Part shown: positions 21,838 to 30,729 of the stretch, one piece after another
Layout: each line of letters begins with the position of its first letter
Position numbering within the stretch: the first letter of the stretch is position 1
DNA from: Fidelibacterota bacterium
Lineage (GTDB): Bacteria > Fidelibacterota > Marinisomatia > Marinisomatales > JABMOV01
DNA length: 64,000 nt
Direction: 5' to 3'
NCBI GenBank assembly: GCA_013203145.1
Contig: JABMOV010000139.1
Location: 9,898 to 73,897 of the forward strand
Notes under the pieces: generated by a model
Told to the model about the DNA's origin: nothing
Database searches by the model: none
The model's input: only the letters and a program-made list of their open reading frames with translations
Position numbers and translations under genes: made by a program

Positions 21838-23082
21838 ATGATTGAAATCATTCAAGACTGGCTTGTAAATCAAGGAATCAATAATGCATTATCTGTTGGT
21901 TTGGTAAGAAGTGTTTTATTCATTCTGGTAATCGTTCTTGGGTTTATTGCCAATGGTGTAACCAAACGTATTATCCTGTCAGGATTATCCACTATTATAG
22001 CCCGTACTGAATTTAAATGGGACGACACCTTTCTAAAATGGAACGTCCTTAATAAGCTCTCCCACATGGCTCCGGTCATTGTGATTTATATTGCATCTCC
22101 ACTGGTGCTCACGGGGTATGACCGGTTGATAGCCTTGATTACAAGCGCCCTTTTCATTTACATGATAATTATTGTTATTCTGGTCATTGATTCTGCTCTC
22201 AACGCTTTCCTTGATATTTACAAAACGTATGAGATTGCTAGGGAAATCCCAATCAAAGGTTTGGTTCAGGTTTTAAAGATAGCAGTCTATTTCATAGGTG
22301 GAATCTTTGTTTTGTCCATTATTCTTAACAAAACGCCCATTTATCTGCTGAGTGGTCTTGGTGCATTAACTGCTGTACTCATGTTAATTTTCAAAGATAC
22401 AATCTTGGGATTTGTAGCAGGGATTCAACTTACAGCTAATAAAATGGTAGCATATGGCGACTGGATTGAAATGCCCCAATATGGGGCCGATGGTGACGTT
22501 CTGGAAGTTGCATTAACAACGGTTAAAATACAAAACTGGGATAAAACTATAACGACAATTCCCACTTCAGCTTTAATCAACGAATCATTTAAAAATTGGC
22601 GTGGTATGAGCGAATCGGGTGGACGGCGGATAAAAAGGGCAATCTACCTTGATATAAGCAGTATCAGATTATGCACAGAGGAAATGCTGGAGAATTTTCT
22701 CAAAATTCAATATATCTCAGAATATATTGAGAAGCAGAAACGAGCGGTTGCTGAATACAATGTCACCAGTGGGATTGATGATTCAAGCCTTGTAAATGGA
22801 CGGAGACTTACTAATATCGGGACCTTTCGGGCCTATATTTTTGCCTATCTAAAAAACCATCCTATGATTAACCAGGATATGACTTTTCTTATCCGTCAGT
22901 TAGCGCCCACGAAAGATGGTTTGCCCATTGAGATTTATGTCTTCTGTAAGGACAAAGAATGGATTAACTATGAAAAGATCCAAGCCGACATTTTTGATCA
23001 TCTTCTGGCTATTGTTCCTGAATTTGGTTTAAAAGTTTTTCAAAATCCTACAGGAAGCGATTTTAATGAATTTACTAGATAG
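21838..23082 (+). CDS. MscS-family mechanosensitive channel
   Basis: 414 aa with N-terminal TMs and an MscS beta-domain (GDWIEMPQYGADGDVLEVALTTVKIQNWDKTITTIPTSAL). Confidence 0.85.
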   Translation: MIEIIQDWLVNQGINNALSVGLVRSVLFILVIVLGFIANGVTKRIILSGLSTIIARTEFKWDDTFLKWNVLNKLSHMAPVIVIYIASPLVLTGYDRLIALITSALFIYMIIIVILVIDSALNAFLDIYKTYEIAREIPIKGLVQVLKIAVYFIGGIFVLSIILNKTPIYLLSGLGALTAVLMLIFKDTILGFVAGIQLTANKMVAYGDWIEMPQYGADGDVLEVALTTVKIQNWDKTITTIPTSALINESFKNWRGMSESGGRRIKRAIYLDISSIRLCTEEMLENFLKIQYISEYIEKQKRAVAEYNVTSGIDDSSLVNGRRLTNIGTFRAYIFAYLKNHPMINQDMTFLIRQLAPTKDGLPIEIYVFCKDKEWINYEKIQADIFDHLLAIVPEFGLKVFQNPTGSDFNEFTR

Positions 23083-23098
23083 ACATCGCAATTTGTTT

Positions 23099-24496
23099 TT
23101 ATAGTACATGACTCTTGATTACCATCAGTTTTTCTCTCGTCATTTCGTGCATGGAATATTGAATTCCTCCCATACCAATTCCTGAAGTATCTCGTCCACC
23201 AAAAGGCATCCAATCAACACGGAAAGCAGTATGATCGTTCACCATAACAGCTGTTGCGTTAAGCTTTTTAACACATTCTAGAGCAACATCAATATTTTTT
23301 GTATAAACAGCAGCTTGAAAATGAACATCCAAACTATTGGCAATTTTAATGGCTTCATCACGATTTGAATAAGAATAGATACAAACTACCGGTCCAAAAA
23401 TTTCTAGAGTTGAGACCTTAGCATTTGCCGGTGGATTTAAAAGAACAGTTGGTTGATAACAGGTGTCAGAAATTCTTTTCCCGCCACACAATAATTTCGC
23501 CCCACCTTCTATGGCTTCATTTACCCACTTTTCAACTCTATCAACTTCCCTAGGAAAGATTAGCGGGCCCACTTCTGTTTTTTCATCCATTGGATCACCA
23601 ACTATTAAATTATTTGCCATTGCAGATAATTCATTGGCAACGTCATCACATATACTTTCATGAGCAAAAACGCGCTGGACAGACACACAAACTTGTCCGG
23701 CATGATAAAAACCACCTTTTGAAAGTGCCGGCATCATTTCTTTGAAATCGGCATCTTTTTCTACAATTACAGGAGCAGCTCCACCATGTTCTAGGGCGCA
23801 TCTTGTGCCGGGAGCTAATTTGGATTTCAAATACCAACCTACTTGCGGTGAACCGATGAAGGAAAAATAATTAACCCTCTTATCAGTAACCAAAAGCTCT
23901 CCCGCATCTCTATTGCAGATTACAACCTGGCACCAGCCATCAGGCAACCCTGCTTCCTTCAGGATATTTACTAAAGCCAAACAAGATAGGGGAGTAGCTA
24001 AAGCTGGTTTTATAATAACAGGGCATCCTGCTGCCACAGCGGTAACCACTTGGTGTACAATCAAATTAAGTGGATGATTAAATGCGCTGATAGATGTTAC
24101 TACGCCAATGGGTTCTCTTGTTGTAAAGGCAATTCTTCCTTCGGAAGCCTTGGTTAATCCCATTGGGATTTGTTCCCCCTTGAGTTGACCAATGTGTTCA
24201 GCGGCTATTTTTATTCCATTAATCGCTCTCAATACTTCCACTTTCGAATCGGTATAAGGTTTTCCGCCTTCTTGAGCTGCCGTATTGGTTAGCTCTTCAA
24301 TTCGCGTTTTCATTATTTCCGCGGTTTGTTCTAATATTGCGATTCGTTCATGTGCCGGAATCCACGTTGATTGGTCTAGAAAAAGGTTATATGCCTTTGT
24401 AAGTGCTTTATCTACTTCTTCTTTCCCAACTAATGGAATTTCCTTAATCAGCTTTAAATCATAGGGTGAGTTTACTTTTAACATTGGTTTTGTCAT
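23099..24496 (-). CDS. NAD(P)-dependent aldehyde dehydrogenase
   Basis: 465 aa with ALEHGG (the catalytic Glu region) and catalytic Cys context GQVCVSVQR. Confidence 0.88.
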   Translation of the reverse strand: MTKPMLKVNSPYDLKLIKEIPLVGKEEVDKALTKAYNLFLDQSTWIPAHERIAILEQTAEIMKTRIEELTNTAAQEGGKPYTDSKVEVLRAINGIKIAAEHIGQLKGEQIPMGLTKASEGRIAFTTREPIGVVTSISAFNHPLNLIVHQVVTAVAAGCPVIIKPALATPLSCLALVNILKEAGLPDGWCQVVICNRDAGELLVTDKRVNYFSFIGSPQVGWYLKSKLAPGTRCALEHGGAAPVIVEKDADFKEMMPALSKGGFYHAGQVCVSVQRVFAHESICDDVANELSAMANNLIVGDPMDEKTEVGPLIFPREVDRVEKWVNEAIEGGAKLLCGGKRISDTCYQPTVLLNPPANAKVSTLEIFGPVVCIYSYSNRDEAIKIANSLDVHFQAAVYTKNIDVALECVKKLNATAVMVNDHTAFRVDWMPFGGRDTSGIGMGGIQYSMHEMTREKLMVIKSHVL

Positions 24497-24518
24497 CTTA
24501 ATTCGTTCTCTCTTTATA

Positions 24519-26159
24519 TCAAAGGATACATGTTTTTTCTTTTAACAAAATATTCAATATTGAATGATTTAATGAATAATCTACTGCCAGATCAATTACA
24601 TGAACGCCATCTTTATGTAAACATTTTGTAAGAATTTTTCTAAAATCCTCATCACTTTTCGGTCTGTAACCCTTTGCACCATAGCTTTTTGCGTATTTAA
24701 CAAAATCTGGATTTTTGTAGTCCAACCCAAAGTTATCGAATCCCATTCCTTCTTGTTTCCATTTTATCATTCCATAGGCGCTATCATTCAAAATAATAAC
24801 AACTAAATTTAATCCTAATCGTACAGCCGTTTCTAATTCCTGAGAATTCATCATGAATCCACCATCACCACAAACAGAAATCACTTTTTTATCCGGATTA
24901 ATCAGTTTAGCTAATATTGCAGAAGGCAATCCTGCCCCCATTGTTGCCAAGGCATTATCTAATAATAACGTATTGTGCTGATAACATTTATAGTTTCTAG
25001 CAAACCAAATCTTATAAACACCATTATCCAAAGTAACAATACCATCATCAGTTAATTCTTCTCTGATAATGTGTACTAATCTTTGTGGTAGAATAGGAAA
25101 GCGGATATCTTTGGAGTATTTGCTCAGATGAAGTTCAACCTCATCTTTGACTCTTTGGAAATAGGACAAATCCCAGTTACCTGTTTCACGAATACTTGAA
25201 CCAATTAGTTCAATGGAAGTTGCGATATCGCCAATTACATTTAATTGAGGAAAATAAACTTCATCTACTTCGGCTGGGAAAAAGTTAATATGTATGACCT
25301 TTGTCCCTCCTTCTTCCATAAAAAATGGAGGTTTTTCAATTACATCATGTCCCACGTTTATTATTAAATCGGCTCTACTAATTGCGCAATGCAAAAAATC
25401 ATCTTTGGATAAAGCTGCTGTACCTAAAAATTTAGGGTGTCGTTCATCCACAACTCCTTTACCCATTTGTGTATCAAAAAAAGGAATTCCTGTTTTATCA
25501 ATAAATATAGATAAAGCTTTTTCTGTTCTTTTTCGGTTTGCACCAGCTCCAATTAACAATAAGGGCATTTTTGCCTGTTCAATCATTTTCACCGCATTCT
25601 GAATAGCTAATGTGTCTGCATCGGGTCTGCGATGTCCAACAACTTCAAATATTCTCTCGGTACATTCTTCAGCGGCAATGTCCTCTGGTAATTCTAAATG
25701 TACTGCTCCAGGTCTTTCTTCCATTGCTAAACGGAACGCCTCTCGAACCATTGAAGGGATATTATTTCCATTTACAATTTGTCGTGTGTATTTGGTTATT
25801 GGACGAAGTAGGTCAACTATATCAACAATCTGAAATCGACCTTGTTTTGATTTTTTAATCGGTTTTTGCCCGGTAATCATCATCATAGGCATTGCTCCCA
25901 ATTGCGCGTAGGCTGCCGGAGTAGTAAAGTTTGTAGCACCTGGCCCAAGCGTAGATAAACATACACCCGGTTTTCCCGTCAAACGACCATACGTAGCAGC
26001 CATGAAACCTGCTCCTTGTTCGTGTCGGGTAAGAACTAATTTAATTGTGGAGTGTCTAAGTGAATTCAAAAAATCAAGATTCTCTTCGCCTGGAATTCCA
26101 AAGATATATTCAACACCTTCGTTTTCGAGTGCTTTAATAAATAAATCTGATGCTTTCAT
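24519..26159 (-). CDS. ThDP-dependent acetolactate synthase-like enzyme (catabolic AlsS type)
   Basis: 546 aa with N-terminal GVEYIFGIPGEE and the ThDP-binding GDGGFMMNSQELET...N motif. Confidence 0.85.
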   Translation of the reverse strand: MKASDLFIKALENEGVEYIFGIPGEENLDFLNSLRHSTIKLVLTRHEQGAGFMAATYGRLTGKPGVCLSTLGPGATNFTTPAAYAQLGAMPMMMITGQKPIKKSKQGRFQIVDIVDLLRPITKYTRQIVNGNNIPSMVREAFRLAMEERPGAVHLELPEDIAAEECTERIFEVVGHRRPDADTLAIQNAVKMIEQAKMPLLLIGAGANRKRTEKALSIFIDKTGIPFFDTQMGKGVVDERHPKFLGTAALSKDDFLHCAISRADLIINVGHDVIEKPPFFMEEGGTKVIHINFFPAEVDEVYFPQLNVIGDIATSIELIGSSIRETGNWDLSYFQRVKDEVELHLSKYSKDIRFPILPQRLVHIIREELTDDGIVTLDNGVYKIWFARNYKCYQHNTLLLDNALATMGAGLPSAILAKLINPDKKVISVCGDGGFMMNSQELETAVRLGLNLVVIILNDSAYGMIKWKQEGMGFDNFGLDYKNPDFVKYAKSYGAKGYRPKSDEDFRKILTKCLHKDGVHVIDLAVDYSLNHSILNILLKEKTCIL

Positions 26160-26204
26160 ATTTCCCTTAAGTTTTTTTTAAAGTTAGCCTTTTATTGATT
26201 TAAT

Positions 26205-26305
26205 ACCCAACGTCCTTAATAACTGCAATTATTGGGTACTCTTTAATGCAAAGTTGCGTTTTAACCGGAACAACACATAGCCTTTGTTAGCGTTTCGTTG
26301 TTGTC
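26205..26305. repeat. Junction repeat copy D (short attC-like element)
   Basis: Shares AATTATTGGGTA...AATGCAAAGTTGCGTTTTAACCGGAACAACAC with copies A-C. On the minus strand it ends in GTTGGGT (26211-26205) upstream of the ALS gene and starts with ACAACAACGAAACGCTAAC just after the 195-aa ORF stop. Confidence 0.5.
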
Positions 26306-26317
26306 TTTCTCTTAAAT

Positions 26318-26905
26318 TCATTTTTTGATATTGTCCTTGTTTGGTGATACTAAAGGAATAACTTTTCTTACGATAAATATTATTCCAGTTCTAACATATA
26401 GATAAAGTACAACTCCTATTAAAGCTAATATACTACCCACTCCTGTGGGAAGAACTACACCAAATGTAAATGTCATGCCAATGACAAATCCTAAGAAACA
26501 TTCTGCTCGATAAATTGGAAAGAACAGAGCCAATAGAAAAAGTCCATACATCATATAGCCTGAAAGATTTGAATAACCAAGAGTGAAAAACACCGAAAGT
26601 AGTACTCCAAATGATAAAGCAAAGAGAAACCTGTAAGTAGATTTCATTGGAAAATTTAATGAGTTTGACTTATTACCATTGTTACTAATTAGTCGTTTTT
26701 GTATGCGAAAAGTTAGAAACAATGTAAGTAAAGGAAGTAAGAGACCTCCCCACCAATTAGAAATTTTAGGCAAGTCCTCCTGTTGTAGTATATGGTGGCT
26801 TGGTACACCACCATGGTAATGAGTCCATATTAATAGTGACCATATGCCAATTGCTACTATTCCCGTAAAATATAGACTTCTTTTTAAAAACGTTTTTTCA
26901 GTCAT
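26318..26905 (-). CDS. Polytopic membrane protein, unknown function (single-gene cassette)
   Basis: 195 aa, about 5-6 TM, with no recognisable motif. Confidence 0.5.
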   Translation of the reverse strand: MTEKTFLKRSLYFTGIVAIGIWSLLIWTHYHGGVPSHHILQQEDLPKISNWWGGLLLPLLTLFLTFRIQKRLISNNGNKSNSLNFPMKSTYRFLFALSFGVLLSVFFTLGYSNLSGYMMYGLFLLALFFPIYRAECFLGFVIGMTFTFGVVLPTGVGSILALIGVVLYLYVRTGIIFIVRKVIPLVSPNKDNIKK

Positions 26906-27008
26906 AATAATTTGATTTTAAGCGGTACGTTGTTTTTTCTTTCGTTGTTGTCTGCTGCCCAATTTTTATTTTGCTTGTTACAAACCGTTATTTTTCATCT
27001 AAAGCATT
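26906..27008. repeat. Junction spacer F (degenerate attC-like element)
   Basis: The minus strand reads AAATAACGG...AATTGGGCAG...GACAACAACGAAAG. It shares the ATAACG/ATTGGG half with copy C and the ACAACGAAA box with copies D and E. No clear GTT end is present. Confidence 0.3.
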
Positions 27009-27458
27009 TTACTTTTTGTATAAAGTTCTTACCTGTGGCAGTAAGGCAATAATAATAATGGCAATAGCAAAAAACATATAAAATGTATGTAACCAATGTA
27101 CGGCATGAAGAAACACCATTTGGATCTGTATCCAACTAATGAGTGTAAAAGCAATATAAATACTGTAAGTCCACGACCAGTGCATATCTTTAAATAAATT
27201 GATTTGCTCGGCTAGCTTGGATTCTGTTTTTTTTAGTAACGCAATTATCAGCAACAGGGGAATAAGCCCAAGAACTGAGAATAAAATAACCCCAGGTATA
27301 AAAAAACTACTAAAAGGAGATTTTTCTAACATAGATAAAGGCATTCCAATCAACTCTCCTGTAGGAGAAATTATCAATGCTCCACCTCCTCCAATTGCTC
27401 CCAATCCGAGGAATCCTAATAAAATCAAAAAGATATTTCGCGTTGTTTTTATTTTCAT
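27009..27458 (-). CDS. Four-TM membrane protein, unknown function (single-gene cassette)
   Basis: 149 aa with the Gly-rich first helix GLGAIGGGGALI. Confidence 0.5.
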   Translation of the reverse strand: MKIKTTRNIFLILLGFLGLGAIGGGGALIISPTGELIGMPLSMLEKSPFSSFFIPGVILFSVLGLIPLLLIIALLKKTESKLAEQINLFKDMHWSWTYSIYIAFTLISWIQIQMVFLHAVHWLHTFYMFFAIAIIIIALLPQVRTLYKK

Positions 27459-27503
27459 AACCTTTTCTTCGTTTTTTGGAATTGTCTCATGTGTTTAAAT
27501 GGT

Positions 27504-27713
27504 TTATAACGTCCCGCTAAACGTAATTATTGGGCTTATCGGGCAATACACAGTTATGTTTTAACCGGAAGAAGACCCACATACCTCCATTTATTATACA
27601 TATAATAAACCGTCCTCTTCATATATCTCAAAAATACGTCTTAAAACTCTAAGTCTCAATATGTTGAGATATGAGACACCCGTCCCATAATCAAAATCGA
27701 TTAGACGTTATGC
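27504..27713. repeat. Junction repeat copy C (best attC-like fold)
   Basis: The ends pair: ATAACGTC (27506-27513) with GACGTTAT (27704-27711). An inner pair, AATTATTGGG (27525-27534) with CCCATAAT (27684-27691), has one bulged T. The first ~100 nt are homologous to copies A and B. It contains module 2 (27625-27677). Confidence 0.6.
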
Positions 27714-27720
27714 TGTAGTT

Positions 27721-27966
27721 CTAAAGATCCTTTTTCATCTGATCAAATTCCAATTTGGTAATTTCACCTTTAGCATATCGCTTCTTGAGAATATCCAAAG
27801 CTGTTTCCGATTCTGTGCTATCGCGATGATTCCGGTCTGAATCACCCATCCATGGTGGTCTAAAGCCTCCGCGCCTTGACATTAGGAAAAAGAAAACCAT
27901 CATCGCTAGACACATTATAACGGGGAACATCCACCATCCACCCGACCACATATGTTCATTTCCCAT
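27721..27966 (-). CDS. SHOCT-domain small membrane protein
   Basis: 81 aa with an N-terminal TM and a C-terminal SHOCT motif (LDILKKRYAKGEITKLEFDQMKKDL). Confidence 0.75.
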   Translation of the reverse strand: MGNEHMWSGGWWMFPVIMCLAMMVFFFLMSRRGGFRPPWMGDSDRNHRDSTESETALDILKKRYAKGEITKLEFDQMKKDL

Positions 27967-28037
27967 TTGTATTACTCCTTCATTTTATCCAGTCAGATAT
28001 TACTGATGTGAATAAAATTTGTTAAGTATGGTGTTGT

Positions 28038-28302
28038 GCTTAACGTACTCAATAAATGGTGTTTTGTAAAGAATTAATCCGTTTCATCATCCCTCACCCA
28101 TTGATTGGATCACATTTTGTCCCACAAACCATCCTTTTTAAAACATCTCAAAACTACGTCTTAAAACTTTAATTCTCAATATGTTGAGATATGAGACTCT
28201 CGGGAGCTGTAATAGGCTAAAGTGACGAATAATTCGTGAAAAAATGACATACGAGGCAGTGAAAGGTTTATGGTTTGCTAACGTTTGTTGGCGTTTCGTT
28301 GT
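28038..28302. repeat. Junction repeat copy E (attC-like element downstream of Thoeris)
   Basis: Module 2 at 28145-28197 matches 27625-27677 at 50/53 nt. The minus strand begins ACAACGAAACGCCAAC directly after the thsB stop and ends GTTAAGC (28044-28038). Confidence 0.55.
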
Positions 28303-28872
28303 TTATCCTACCCAATCAGCAAAATTGTTATAACCATCATTATCAATCCAATCATAAACCGAATATAATGATGATAATCTAAAGATTTTATTTCTTTTGA
28401 ATTCTTCAACTTCCTTAACCGTCCAACCATCTAAATCTGTATATTTTGTCCACTTTCCTTGAATGAAATTATGGAGACTTAGTTTCCCCCCTGTTTTGTC
28501 AAAGGAGTATCCTAAATAATAAAATGGATTATTTCCTTTATTTTTAGTTTTACCATCTTTGCCTTTTATGCTATTAATGTGTATTCCCAATAAATCATTG
28601 CCCTTTTCTAGGCTTTTCATTATTTCATAATCAACCCACCTGCGGTTAAATGTATCAGAACCTATAAGTACACAAGTAACAGAAGTATTTTTAAGTTCTC
28701 CATTAATAAGTCTTTTCAGCGCTAAAGCACTAGTTTTCTCTGCTGTTTCCCAAATTGAAGCATCAAAATACCCAGCACTCTTGTCCTTTGTTAATTTATG
28801 CTTTCTTACAACATTTGCTCTAAATTCAATTACATCTTTGTAATGAAAACTAAAAAATACTCGTTTAGCCAT
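28303..28872 (-). CDS. thsB: Thoeris ThsB, TIR-like (DUF1863-type) protein
   Basis: 189 aa with the N-terminal VFFSFHYKDV strand typical of TIR-like DUF1863. Its start lies 1 nt after the thsA stop. Confidence 0.8.
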   Translation of the reverse strand: MAKRVFFSFHYKDVIEFRANVVRKHKLTKDKSAGYFDASIWETAEKTSALALKRLINGELKNTSVTCVLIGSDTFNRRWVDYEIMKSLEKGNDLLGIHINSIKGKDGKTKNKGNNPFYYLGYSFDKTGGKLSLHNFIQGKWTKYTDLDGWTVKEVEEFKRNKIFRLSSLYSVYDWIDNDGYNNFADWVG

Positions 28873-28873
28873 T

Positions 28874-30310
28874 TTAAATATGATTTTGCAATAGGTTGAT
28901 TGCTTTAATTAAATTATTGATAATGGTTGATTCGTCAATATTATCTTGACCTAATGATATTATGGTGTCTTTCAACACCGGATTGTCAGGGTAGTATTCT
29001 TCATATTTATCAATAACCTTTTTCCATAATTCTTTAGATGCATAGCCAGTACATCCTATTGGTATTACTTTTAGTCCCAATTCCACTGCAATTTCAAATT
29101 CTTTTATTAATCCATCGGACAAGACAACTTTATTTTCAACTAATTTGTTTCCAAAAAAGAATATAGCAATACCAGCTTCTCCAAGCATTATGTGTCTATA
29201 ATGATTCCATGATTTTTCCCGTTCTACTGGGTCAGTAATATTCTGAGGAAAAGGTCTTAATATTAGATAATCATCTAATTGCCCTTTTTGGTTGTTGTAA
29301 ACATTTGTAAGAGTTCCATTTATCACAGAACTTCCAATGCCAAGACCAAAACCAGAGATTATCTTATAATTCTTCTCAGCTAACTTGGATGAAAAATTGA
29401 AAATCAAATTTTCAGCACCAAATTTCCCTAAATAGCCGTATTCATGTGCAGCACCTGAAATAAAAATATTTCGTCTACGCAGTTTTGTTTGAATTAATAG
29501 AAGAACTTCGGTAATCTCATTATAATCATCTATCATTAAAGCTTGAATCCCGTATCTTTTCAAATCCTTTATACGGTGTTCCTGCTTAATTTTATCATAC
29601 AGGTATTCATCACATATTTTATAGCTGTCCTCTGAAATTGTTTTGAAAAAACAATAATGGTCAGGAGTATGATTACCAAGAAGAATTCTAATTCGACTTA
29701 ATATATATTCAAGATTTGGGTCTTCAAAACTGAAACCAATAAACAAAAATGTTTTTGATACTAAATCACCTTGTAACGCAGTCGTAAATAACTGACGCTT
29801 TTCATTATAGTTTTCATAATCGTCTTTTGTCAAAACAGCATCATGACTCAGAGTGATATCACCATGCATTTTATAGATTACAGCTTCTCTACGAGGTTTA
29901 CTTATTGCTAAATTTTCAGTACATCTTTTGACATCAGTAATTTTACCAAACTTTTCTATAGTTTTTTCAATTAAATCATCATAATTGGTTGTCCAGTAAG
30001 TTTTAATAGGTAAGGAAGCCAGAATCTGATGATTTATGCTTTCTTTTACATCCTTTGTGAATTGCTCAATTAACTGGTCATTAATACTTCCTCTGCTTCC
30101 CTTCTCATTCTCATAGTATTGAGCAACTGCAATTAAGTCTGTTTCCTTATCGACATTGAGGTTTAATTCCTCTGCCATTTCTCGAAGCAATTCCTTCCAA
30201 TTAACCAACCCAGATGAAACTGACATACCAGCTCCAGCGAATATCGCTGCGTTTTCTGCATTAATTGATTTGATATATTTGTCAACGAATTGTGTTAGTT
30301 GTCTTTTCAT
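28874..30310 (-). CDS. thsA: Thoeris ThsA, SIR2 NADase domain plus C-terminal SLOG sensor domain
   Basis: 478 aa. SIR2_2-type motifs are present (AAIFAGAGMS, WTTNYDDLIE, YKMHGD). The C-terminal half is SLOG-like and Gly-rich (FISGAAHEYG, ISGFGLGIGSSVING). Confidence 0.88.
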   Translation of the reverse strand: MKRQLTQFVDKYIKSINAENAAIFAGAGMSVSSGLVNWKELLREMAEELNLNVDKETDLIAVAQYYENEKGSRGSINDQLIEQFTKDVKESINHQILASLPIKTYWTTNYDDLIEKTIEKFGKITDVKRCTENLAISKPRREAVIYKMHGDITLSHDAVLTKDDYENYNEKRQLFTTALQGDLVSKTFLFIGFSFEDPNLEYILSRIRILLGNHTPDHYCFFKTISEDSYKICDEYLYDKIKQEHRIKDLKRYGIQALMIDDYNEITEVLLLIQTKLRRRNIFISGAAHEYGYLGKFGAENLIFNFSSKLAEKNYKIISGFGLGIGSSVINGTLTNVYNNQKGQLDDYLILRPFPQNITDPVEREKSWNHYRHIMLGEAGIAIFFFGNKLVENKVVLSDGLIKEFEIAVELGLKVIPIGCTGYASKELWKKVIDKYEEYYPDNPVLKDTIISLGQDNIDESTIINNLIKAINLLQNHI

Positions 30311-30320
30311 TTTATCTTAT

Positions 30321-30692
30321 TTATGACAGCACAGTTTTTAAATTATCCCATGTCCAGTCGTACAACGCTCCAGCATTTTCAACTCTTGTTGGGTTTGTTC
30401 CCTGTGGTTTTATTTGAACTGTTTTTATATAATTATTTCTAGCCATTTTAACTTCCTTCTTGACACCACTAGCTCTATAAGTGGATGTGCCAGCTATTAC
30501 AACCACAATATCAGACCTTTTTATTTTAGCAAGAGCTTTATCCTCCCAGTCTTTTTCTGGTACAGCTTCTTTTAAAGACCAATCCGAAATTTCAAATGGT
30601 GAATCGGGTAATTTTGCTTGTCCAGCAAGTAAGTTTTTCAGACTTAAATCATTATCAAAATCAAAGCTTATAAATACTCTTTTTTTACTCAT
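30321..30692 (-). CDS. thsB: Second, divergent Thoeris ThsB-like TIR-like protein
   Basis: 123 aa with RVFISFDFDND...DIVVVIAG...GVKKEV, the pattern of short TIR-like/DUF1863 proteins. It lies 10 nt upstream of thsA. Confidence 0.7.
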   Translation of the reverse strand: MSKKRVFISFDFDNDLSLKNLLAGQAKLPDSPFEISDWSLKEAVPEKDWEDKALAKIKRSDIVVVIAGTSTYRASGVKKEVKMARNNYIKTVQIKPQGTNPTRVENAGALYDWTWDNLKTVLS

Positions 30693-30729
30693 AATATTTC
30701 AATTTAGGTGCATGTGTCTTTACAATGAA

